DNA of 64,000 bases from Lophium mytilinum (lineage: Eukaryota): assembly GCA_010093605.1 (NCBI GenBank), contig MU004181.1, positions 2,852,001 to 2,916,000 of the forward strand. Direction: 5' to 3'. The stretch's first letter is position 1, and every line of letters begins with the position of its first letter. The notes under the pieces were generated by a model, which saw only the letters and a list, made by a program, of their open reading frames with translations, was not told the origin of the DNA and searched no databases. Below are positions 49,411 through 59,890 of the stretch, in pieces. Both the position numbers and the translations under genes were made by a program.

Positions 49411-52400
49411 CTAACTCGGTGGTTTTGCGTCCCATGCCAGCCACGACTCCACTTCGTCTATCAACTGCGCAACCTCGGGATCTGAAATCCGTCTCCCCTT
49501 CTGCTCTAGAGAGGAGCCAATCGCTAGTACTTTTCTCGGTCTATTACGACGAAGCGAGAAGTTTTTTATCAATCTCAAACGATTGGTACGATTGGTCAAC
49601 ATCTTACGAACGGGCTGTGAAGACTTGTCCTTTCCATATGAATTTCGAGGAGATGGCCTTATCGATCGAGTACGACCTAGGGTTTCCGGTGGCACATCAG
49701 AGTGTTCAATCGTCCGTATCCGATCTCTATTCCCCTGAAACCACTGTGCACGAAGGCTTCCGCCATGCGAGATTTCTCTGGAGTCTTTTCCGTCCTCGCC
49801 CTGTATTGGGACCTTGACCATAAGCACGTCCTTGTCGTTTGCCGACGGCATAGCTCGACCCCTCTCAGAGGCCCCCTTGAGCCTTCTCTCCCACACGGCG
49901 GTGAACACCTCCCTCCTGGCTTGTTCAGGGACTACGGAACCGGTTATCTGGTGCAGTCTCGATTTCAGGCCATGGCTGACAGGCCGCGTGGGGTGCTCTC
50001 CTGTGCGTCTCGACATTCCCTTCGAGGCTCGACGTCGCGGCCGATTCTTTGGCTTTTCTCTTGCATAATAAGATCGGATTTCGAACGGAGGGGCAGAAGG
50101 TGTCTTAACAACAATCACATTTTTGTTCCCGGATCTTCTTTGTCGTATCCTCTCTTTCCTTGTATCCTCGTGGACGATCCAACGGGTCCCCAATACATGG
50201 TACCTTATTTTCGACTTCTTCTCCGATACGTTCTTGACAGGCAAGGCTGGTGCAGTCTTAACCCTTCGGGTAACTACTCCTCGAGCTCTTCGTGTAAACT
50301 TGACCTCCGAGTCTAGAGATGCTAGCGGGGATCCAATTCGTTGCCCGCGAACTCTCTTAAATGGAGATCGGCGAATGCGGAGTTTGAGGAGATTTTTCAG
50401 ATCTCTGTTGGGGCTGGTAGTTGTTCTAATGGCAGGATTGCGAAATGGGATCTCAGGAGCATCCTCCGATACCTCGACATCGTGGCCTTGATGTTCGGCA
50501 TCTATAGTATTGTCATCTTCGTGTGAGAAACGTACAGACTGCGTGGTGAGGGCACTGGCTAATTTGCGGATGGAAGTTGATTTAGACGAAGTTCTTGAAG
50601 CTGAACCTGAGAGCTTTCTGGATGCAGTTCTAGCTTCTATTTTTGCAGTTCTTTCCGCCTTTTTTGCAATATTTTCAGCCATTCGTAATGTCCTCATATC
50701 CAGCATTGCGCTCACTTCATCCTTCTTGAAGAATTGCAAAGCGGTGAACCGAGAAAGCGCAACGTCTATTTTGGAGCGAATCTGTACTTCTTGTTTACCG
50801 TCAAAGTCTCCTCGCACGATACTCATACCACCCTCTGACAAAGCCCCAAAATGGCCACGGAAGACATGAATGGAGTTTTCTATCCGCTCAATCGGCGCAC
50901 GAGACTGTTGCTCTATGTCTGGTATATGATCGACAGTGCTGGGAATCGTGCCTAGCTCTAGGTATACTGGAAACGTTTGGGGGTCGTCCAGATGCTTTGA
51001 AACTTCGCGTTTGAGCGTCCCTATATCCTCAGGCCCGGGGACGAAGAATTGAATGAATTCACCAGGCTCAGCGACTTCCTTCAATGCAGACTTTTCCACA
51101 TCAAATAGCTCGAGCATGTCAATCTCTGAATCTGAAGATGTCAAGGTAGGGTCGTCGTAAGATGTTTCGGGGTCAAGAGATAGCAACCCGGCTTTCTTGC
51201 CCCATCCTCCCCCACCGCTTAGCACGCGATGGAGTCGAGCTCCATGAGAGATAGCGAAGGACACCGCATCATTCCATACCGGACGGTCGTTCTTCCATAA
51301 TTCCTGAAATGCTGCATTGAGATCGAGAACGTCTTCGGCTGCAGTATCACTACCAAAGAAACGGCTGGTAAGCTCTGCAGTCACAGGACCTATTAGGTTC
51401 TTGGGTATAACCAACGCCCAGACTTTCATAGCACGAGCTGGGATGTTCTTTGCAGCAAAGTATCGCGGCACCGTCTCTTCTAACTCTTGAGATGCCGTAA
51501 AACTCTGGCTGTTCTCTCCTTGGATTCGGCGTATTATATTACCCATTCCAGCCTCAATGCGGCGAGGAATAGTGATAGGGGTCAATGGGACTGAAAGCGA
51601 AGCACTTTGCAAGCCATAGTTATGCAAGTCAGGCCATGCGAATGAGCCGTGTTGCAGATGCTCCTTCGATATTAGGTTCAGGTCTTTTGATCCCTTTTCT
51701 TTTCTCCATGACGTCAGAAACATGGTTGAGGGGTGACCTGTATGGAATATGGTGTTCGCTAAAGGCAATTGGAGCACACTACGAGGCATGGGTGTCAAGG
51801 ACGCGGACGCTACGCTCGCGTCAATGTGGATGTTTATAGTGCCTGGTTTTTGTCGTAGTACTTCGCCCATAGGCTCGTGCAACGCCTCTAAATGGGATGT
51901 CAAGAGTTGGCCTTCGTCGAGCAGCGCATATGCCATGCCCTCGAAACCAATTTCTGAAAAGGGCGGTGAAGGGGACGTGGAGGTACTCTGTTGTCCCTTC
52001 TTATAGCCTCTGCCAGGATATGCGGGAACAGGTAGTCTGTCGACCACAGCAACCAAGGCATGATAGGACCGTTCCAAGTGAGAGTCTCGAAAGTCGAAGT
52101 GGAGTAGTCTGCGCAAGGCGGTGCAGAGGAATGTTTGGTCGTCTGAAAGCCAGTGGGCGAAAGTAGGGGTGAGGAATAACACTAGGAAAGGGCTTTCAGT
52201 CCGATTCCGGCTCGGAAGCCTCTCGATCTGCATGAGAAGATGTTTGGGTTGCTATGAGCCATTAATGGTGGTAGTCAGGATATGGCAGGCGAAAGGACTG
52301 ACAATCGAATCTAGTTGGGACGAAACAACCACAGTCCTGCAGTATTTCGAGCCGCCAAAGTAGCTCCAAAGGTCTGGTTTCTCCTGAGGCTCTATGGGCT

Positions 52401-52524
52401 GAGGGAGTGCAGCAGCACTTGAACTAAAGCATCGGGGCGCGCTGAGGAAGCTTCTCTGCAGCACGAAGCGGCGCAGGAGGGATGAGCCCATGGCGTGCCA
52501 TTGTCGAGCAGGCCCAGAAAGCAT
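49411..52524 (-). CDS. Conserved hypothetical protein, probably mitochondrial, with a long basic C-terminal tail
   Basis: 940-aa ORF plus an upstream exon with an Arg/Ser-rich presequence (LLRRFVLQRSFLSAPRCFSSSAAA); motifs LPLANTIF, GMGNIIR, ASQELE, RLHRVLSGGGGWGKKAGLLSLDP. The 5' splice site is uncertain. Confidence 0.75.
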
Positions 52525-53093
52525 GGATGACCGTCACCGCGGGTGCATTTGGGAGTTGGTATGCTGTGGAGGGCGAAGCCAGAAAGTGGTGTGCTTCATT
52601 ATAGCGGGTCGAGATGTATGATGTCGGCATCCCAAATACGGCAGAATATTTAGAGTAGTCTTGGCATCCCCGGGGTGGTCCGCATCACGTGCCCAGCTGG
52701 ACTGCGAACCGTGGATGAAGGGTTGATTTGGACCCCTCGACCGTTGAACTCCCCTGGCGATAGTTGCATTGTTTACTTCTGCAGCATCACTCCTCAACGC
52801 TGCTGTCTGCCCAATCCTGCCGAGCGCACGCCGTTGTCGCGCAATTGAACCCGTCTGCTCAGGGCTGCCCTGAAATCTTCGCAGATTACTGCATCCAGCG
52901 GCCACCTTTCACCTCCCCTGTGCCCCATCGCCACCGCTTCCGACTCAACACCACAGCCCTCGCTCGCCGGCACCGTGCCGCTCCTCCAACACCACTGCCT
53001 CCTCATGCAACGCTCATAGCCGCCCAAGTCGATCCCGTCTGAGCCGTGGTAGAGCGTTCGGTGCCCCGTCCGTCGCCTTCGTACTCCCTCGCC

Positions 53094-54262
53094 ATGCCTG
53101 CCCGAGGGCTAGGACGACGCAGCAGCCCCATCACATTGGTGCTGTTAGTCGTCCTCTTGATAGGCTTCTTCCTTTTTTTCTTTTCGTCGCCCAACGATGC
53201 CGCGAACAAGCTGCGAGACTCGACCCACACCGCCTCCAACGCACTCTCACCCCCCTCGCTCCCCTTCCGCAAAGCAAAAGCCAATGAACGACCTCCGCCG
53301 CCCCCAGTGGTCCACTACCACATGAACAACGTGACGACCTCGCGGACTCCCATTGAGAACCAGGAGACGGTCCTGATCCTCACGCCGCTGGCGCGCTTCT
53401 ACCAGGAGTACTGGGACAATCTCCTCAGCCTCTCCTATCCGCACGAGCTGATCTCGTTGGGCTTCATCCTCCCCAAAACCAAGGAGGGCAATGCCGCGAC
53501 CGCAGCCCTGCAAGCGCAAATCGCGAAAACCCAGTCTGGCTCTCAGAAGAAGCGCTTCGCCAGTATCACCATCCTTCGCCAAGACACCGAGTCTCCGCTC
53601 ATCACCCAGACCGAAACCGAGCGCCACAAGATTGAGAACCAGAAGGCGCGGCGGTCGGCCATGGCGAAGGCGCGGAACTCGCTGCTCTTCACGACCATGG
53701 GCCCCACGACCTCGTGGGTGCTTTGGCTGGATAGCGATATTATCGAGACGCCGGAATCGCTGATCCAGGACCTGGCAGCCCATGACAAGCCCATCATTGC
53801 CCCCAATTGCTTCCAGAGATATTATGACGACGAGAAGAAGGAGAAGGCTGTCCGCGCTTACGACTTCAACAACTGGGTGGATAGCCCGACGGCTAGGGAG
53901 ATGGGCGCGAGGATGGGCAACGATGACATTCTGCTCGAAGGGTACGCCTCGATGCCAACATACCGGAGCTTGATGGCTATGATGCGCGACGAATCTCAGG
54001 ACCCGAATATTGAGGTGCAGTTGGACGGTGTGGGTGGGGCGACATTGCTGGTCAAGGCCGAAGTTCACAGAGACGGGGCCATGTTCCCGCCCTTTGCATT
54101 CTACCACCTGATCGAAACAGAGGGCTTCGCAAAAATGGCGAGCCGCTTGGGATGGAAGGCATGGGGATTGCCAAACTATCTTGTAAGTTCCAAAGGCGCT
54201 CGCGTAACACTCCAATTTCTCTGCTAACGCTCTATCTATAGGTGTACCACTACAACGAATAA
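53094..54262 (+). CDS. MNN9: Golgi mannan polymerase subunit, GT62/Anp1 family
   Basis: Type II TM anchor, LILTPLARF, RRSAMAKARNSLL, WLDSD (DxD), YDFNNW, LDGVGG, HLIETEGFAKMA, PNYL|VYHYNE*; intron 54183..54241. Confidence 0.9.
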
Positions 54263-55202
54263 ATTTAGCGTTCGGCTTGTTGTCCTCATGGAGATATTGG
54301 GGCCTGTTTTGCTTTCTATCTTTGTATCTTAAACATTGGGCGGCGTCATGGAACATGAACGTTTGGAGAAGATCTTGTACCCTATACTCCGGATTTTAGA
54401 CTGCTAGGCATCGTGCGAGAATGATGAATTTGTAGACTTGAAAATACAGCTATGGAATCAGGTCAATGACTGCCCACACAATAAGTCCATACTCATGTCT
54501 TTAACGAAGCTTTGGGAGCCATGATGAGCAAGACACGATAGTTCAAAATGGCATCGGAAGGCTATGCTTGGCCAAGTCGTTGGCTGATTACAACAGCTTT
54601 GATTGGAGGAAGATAGTACTGTAGATGAGGATATCCTTTTCGGGGGCCCTCGGTTGCTCGAAGGTGCCTTGCAGGGAGGGCTTTTAAGCAAACGCCCAAC
54701 TGAAAACACTAAACAATGTAGCCTAGTCATACCCTTACAAAAGAAAACATTACCTCAACCTTTGACCATTTAATGGCATACCTTGGAGAGTAGTGCGTTA
54801 GTGGAGATCTGATGCCCTCGCACAGCATATGGGGAACTTGTATAATGGATCAAGCACAACATGATGACATGGAACGAGATGGTGAAGTGTCGGTCAATAC
54901 GAGACATCCCCGCAGGCAACAAGAACCTTGCGTGGAGGTGAATAAAAGGCGGACAGGGGAGCAGCCTGGTGCCTCCTGCGTTTGCGCATTGACCACGGCC
55001 AGCAAAGGCGAGGCGATATTCTATCTGGAGGGGCACTCCCCTGCTGTCTACATCAACGAACCCTCTAAAAATCACCTACACCCGACCACCACAACGACCA
55101 CCACATCTCTTTTTGGAAGCACTCATAAATAGTGCGCCAGCAACGAAACCCGTCTAGCTCCACTCCTCACACACCCGCACTCACACCTCTCTGGCCGCCA
55201 GC

Positions 55203-56123
55203 ATGGCTGATTCCGCCCCAAAACTCGACCCCTCTGCAGAGCAGACGACGTCCACCGGCCCTACCCTCGTCAAGGATGAGACCGCAAAAGTAACTGAGGA
55301 ACTGGAAGCCCCCAAGCCCGCCGAGGAAAAGCCCGCTGAGGGAAAGCCCGCTGCCACCATCGCAGACACGGCTACCAACGCCGCCACGGCGGTGAAGGAC
55401 AATGTCTTTGCCATGTTCGGCGGAGGACCCAAGAAAGAGAAGCGGGAGGAGGTCGACGATGCGGATGAGCCTTCTGGATCCTCTAAAGCCAAGGCCGCTG
55501 AAGTGAGTCATTTCCCATGTAGAGTCCACATGCAATGCTAACACGCTGCAGCAGGAGGATGAAGTCGAGAATGTCGAGCCCGACGTCCACTTCGAGCCCG
55601 TGGTGCGCCTGACAGAGAAGGTCGAGACCAAGACGAACGAGGAGCTCGAGGAGCAAACATTCAAGATGCGCGCCAAGCTGTTCAAGTTCGACCGCGAGAC
55701 GCGAGAGTGGAAGGAGAGGGGCACCGGCGATGTCAGGTTACTGAAGCACAAGGAGAATGGCAAGACGCGCCTGGTCATGCGGAGAGACAAGACCCTCAAG
55801 GTCTGCGCCAACCACTACGGTATGCATAGCTCGTGGAGGTTGATATACACGTTCTGACAGAGCACAGTTGTCCCCGACATGAAGCTATCCCCCAACGTCG
55901 GCAGCGACCGAAGCTGGGTCTGGAACGCCGCTGCAGACGTCAGCGAGGGCGACCCAGAGGCTCAGACCCTGGCTATCCGGTTTGCGAACAGTGAGAGTAT
56001 GTTGATTCCTCGATTTGACGATTTATATACCCGCTAACACGCTTTGCAGACGCCAATCTCTTCAAGGAGGCCTTCATCAAGGCCCAGCAGGAGAACGAGG
56101 CCCTCTTCAAGGCCGCTGAGTAG
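55203..56123 (+). CDS. YRB1: Ran-binding protein 1 (RanBP1)
   Basis: [52 protein letters not shown]; three introns. Confidence 0.95.
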
Positions 56124-57029
56124 ACGTGTTCCTGACACGGCGAGAGAATAAAGGCTGCGATCCATCGGACGGGCAGAAGGTTGAGGGTGGTTGAGAGACT
56201 TTCGTATGGTACCATAGAGTTCTCATACTGCACATACTAGCAACAAATTGGCCTGGCTATGCCTGCATCAAATCATAGTTAGATCAACACTCCCCAAAAC
56301 GCTCCCTCCACGTGCACGGACGCATTAGTTAGTTCTTTGTTTGGGATCAGTGAAGAGGTCTCTGGCATCCAGTTTGATGGGCAGCATTCTTGTCGCCACG
56401 GTGGATAATAGACTGGTAGTTGTTATGTCCTTGATTGTAGCAATCACTGAGTCCAAGTAACTCACAACCTGCAGGCATCTGATAATGCGAAGCCTATTTT
56501 GGTCTTCACCTAGCTGCATGTACCATAGAGTGTCAAGGTCTAGTGCTGCGTAGGTTCGCCGAATTGTCTCTCGTGTAGATAGCATACACCCTTGCAGCAC
56601 TACGACAGTTAACTTTGATTCACATGGCGTCAACAATCAAGAATTCTCCTCGGGTGCTCGCATTGCATCGGGCACTCACTCCCCGCGCTAGGATCCGCCT
56701 TGTTGCTGCGACCTCACTTCTAGCAACCCAGTCTGAACTCTGATTCTTAGTGTATTTAATCAGTGACATTGCACGGACGCTCAAGATCCTCTTGCTGCCT
56801 ACTTTGCAGTGTAACACTCAAGTCGCAACTTCGTTTGTTGCTCGGCTGCTCAACATCACCCCGCCGTCTCTTTCTCCTCCCAAACATCATCATTCACCTC
56901 CGCCCAACCTCCTCCCATCTGCTTTATTTCAGCGCAGTCGCTGTAGCTCCAGTCCTCCGCCCACAACATCCACAGCCTCACCCCCACTCCCACGATTACA
57001 ATTGACAAAGCGCACCGCCAACCGCCACA

Positions 57030-58125
57030 ATGCCTGACGTGAGTTCTATCCCGCCTACAAACACGCGCACCAGCTAACGCGACTCCGCCATACAGATCAA
57101 ACGACAAGTCAAGCTCGTAACCACCCAGAGGGTGATGTACGTCCCCTTTCCCCTTCAACTCGCGCGCCCGTGGCCAGACCAGCCGCTAAATAGTATATCA
57201 AAACAGACAAGAAGATTCCGGGGTTGAAGGGTTCCCGATGCGCGCATGGAGCATCGAAGTTTGGCTTCTGGACGACCAAGGCCATGACGTCCCCGCGACC
57301 GTGTTCGAGAAGGTTGTGTATAACCTGCATCCTACGTTCGAGAGGCCGAAGCAGAGTGAGTTGCCGTTCCATATACACGTTCCTTTATGTGCACCAGTAC
57401 CGTTGTGCTGAACTTGGGCGCCGTGGGCGCACATGTTTGCGCCTATACCCCGCCTCCTTTCGGAGGCTTTTCCTCGATACAGTTTGAGTGGAGTGCTAAC
57501 GTTACTGCGACATAATCAGCGATCAAGAAGCCGCCGTTTCGCATCGACGAGAAGGGCTGGGGCGAGTTCGATATGCAGATCGTGCTCAGCACAATGTCGA
57601 AGGGCGGTGAACATACTCTCGACCACGATCTCAACTTCCAGAACGAGCGATATGAAGCCAAGCACACCATCACCTTTCGGAACCCGAAGCCGGACCTTCT
57701 AGCTGCGTTGCGGGAGTCCGGTCCTGCTGGAGACGAGAACGGCGTTAGGGGCAGGAAGGACGACCCTAGGAAGAAGAGCCGGAAGGACAAGAATGTGAGG
57801 ACCTGATCTCGGTTGGAATCTAGGACATGAGATGCTGACACGTTGAATCAGGTGGACATGGAGAAGTTAGCCGATGGCCTCCAGAAGCTCACTGAAGACG
57901 ACTTGCTACAAGTTGTACAAATGGTCCATGACAACAAGTCCACCGATACGTACACCAAGAACGACGTTGAGAGTAAGCAAGAGACCCTCTGGGCGCTCAG
58001 TTCAGAGCGAAGTGCATTGCTAACACAAGAACCTAGATGGCGAGTTCCACGTCGATCTGTACACCCTCCCGGATGCCCTGGTGAAGATGCTGTGGGACTT
58101 CACAGCCTCAAAAGTAGACCTATAG
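57030..58125 (+). CDS. TAF14: YEATS + ET domain protein, TFIID/TFIIF/SWI-SNF subunit Taf14
   Basis: MPD|IKRQVKLVT, GFPMRAWSI, YNLHPTF, PPFRIDEKGWGEFDM, VDMEKLADGL, GEFHVDLYTLPD; five introns. Confidence 0.93.
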
Positions 58126-58876
58126 ACGTCGTCTAGACCCGAATTCTCTGCTACGACATTCATTCAGGATATGGATACCCTCCGCTGACCATGAACCGGG
58201 GTGTTTGGCATGGGGCGCGCCTTTGCATATCGAGAGGATTGCTATCGATACCCGTCATTGAGGAAATTTGCACTCGAACTTGGGCGCTACAACGGACTTC
58301 GGCTTGCACAACATATCAAGACAGGTTGCTAGCTCTTCCAGGTTCATATTGGGTATCTGGTTTGGGTTTCCTTTCCTTTTTTCTTAACAGTACTCCTGCT
58401 TGAAGCGCCGGAGTTCGGAAATGGCTAAAACGGGTGCCCCTCTGCACCCACATATGGTGCTTGTATTGCAATAGTCAAACAAATGTGAGGGTTACTTTAG
58501 TCAACGAGCCCTTCTGCGTACGGTGACGTTCAGCTCTCGGTCTCGGTCTTCGTAAGACAGTTCTGGTGTTTCTCTCTCACAATGCGTCACAGTCAAATTC
58601 TCTCCTTCGCATCCCACAGATATCTCTCTCTTATCTGCCGTACGTGACTATCCTAGTCGAATGCAGTTTTTCATCCGACCCCCATTCCACTCTTTACTCA
58701 CTGGACCGCGGCCTCGCATCACCTGCGGAATCCCTTCTTTCTTGAGTAGCGTCATGGTGAACCTCACATCTCGCATCCCTTCTCTACCGACGACACTCAC
58801 TAGCCTTACAGCGAGCAAATTCCACGCTCCACAGAAGTACCATCATGGATGCCCAACTGAGTGTATGTCTAGTTGA

Positions 58877-59487
58877 CTATGATCCTCCTGCCCGGTGGTG
58901 GCCCATGCGAGACCTGTAGAACTCTCTGCTGTCATATATAGGGCGGGCCAGTGCGATTCGGTGTCTAGCTGTTTCCATTGGGGTGATTTTCATAATTCCC
59001 ATGATACCTCGGCCTGTAAAGGGCAAGGGAGGGTGATTGGAGCGCAGAAAACTCCACGGCAATAATGCTATAAGTTTTACTGGTACTGTTTCTCCCAGCT
59101 GGTACTTCTGTGCTACTAGTGCCTAATACGCGAACGTCAATCGCCACACGACAATTTGTCATTCACGCATACAATTGGAAACCAGGGTATCTTCGCTCAC
59201 AAGTAGGGATTTCAAGAGTCGCCTACCTGCCGGACCACAGACAACGGCTGTTGAATGTAATGGAGGAGTAATGCGAGAGAGGGGGTTGGGGAAAGGAGTA
59301 GGGGTGGGGGTTGTAGAGGAAGCATGGTGATGGGTATAGAGACGGGGTTGAGACGGTAGACGAGTGGGAAGGATGGGTGGATGGTTAGGCGAGGTGGTGA
59401 GGAGGGATTGGGAGCATGGCCTTTTAGAAGAGCTGACGACGAAGTGACCGATGGCTTCGAGGCAACTGTGCGATGGGTTGAGGGCAT
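58877..59487 (-). CDS. Possible small spliced orphan gene
   Basis: Candidate intron 59123..59226 (GTAGGC..TTGAC..TAG) joins ORFs 59212..59499 and 58877..59062 in frame; no recognisable domain. Confidence 0.25.
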
Positions 59488-59890
59488 CGCGAGAGGCACA
59501 CTGACTACAGTGCGGACACGAGAATATGTAGCGCCAACCTCGTACCGATTCAGCCAGTCGAATGCAGAAACGTGTTATTCTTGTAAGTGTAATTTACCAG
59601 GATTCAATTGAAACGGCCAAAGCTCCGTCTGCATGTATAGTATGAGAGAGGGAAGAGGAAATAGCAGCATTGTCCACCACAACCCCTCGCCCACCGTCCA
59701 CACATGTTGCCTCTCTCCATCTAGCTCTCGAATCTCAGAGACTCGCCGGGTAGTATTGAAGTAGGTAGTCGAAGTCACCCCAACCTTCGTCCTAACGAAC
59801 GCCTTCTCCATGATTGAGCCCCGGGATATATCATTCATTAAACCAAGAAATTCAAGCAAGCAACGCCTTACCATGACACTGGTTACATAC

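Noticed and set aside
53247..54356. 369-aa antisense ORF over MNN9, and similar shadow ORFs at 9151..9867, 55167..55811 and 4159..4773
   Set aside because: Explained by high GC3 codon bias of the sense genes; no domain-like content.
55548..55554. Tandem CAGCAG acceptor in YRB1 intron 1
   Set aside because: Would add or remove one Gln in a disordered region; a common event.
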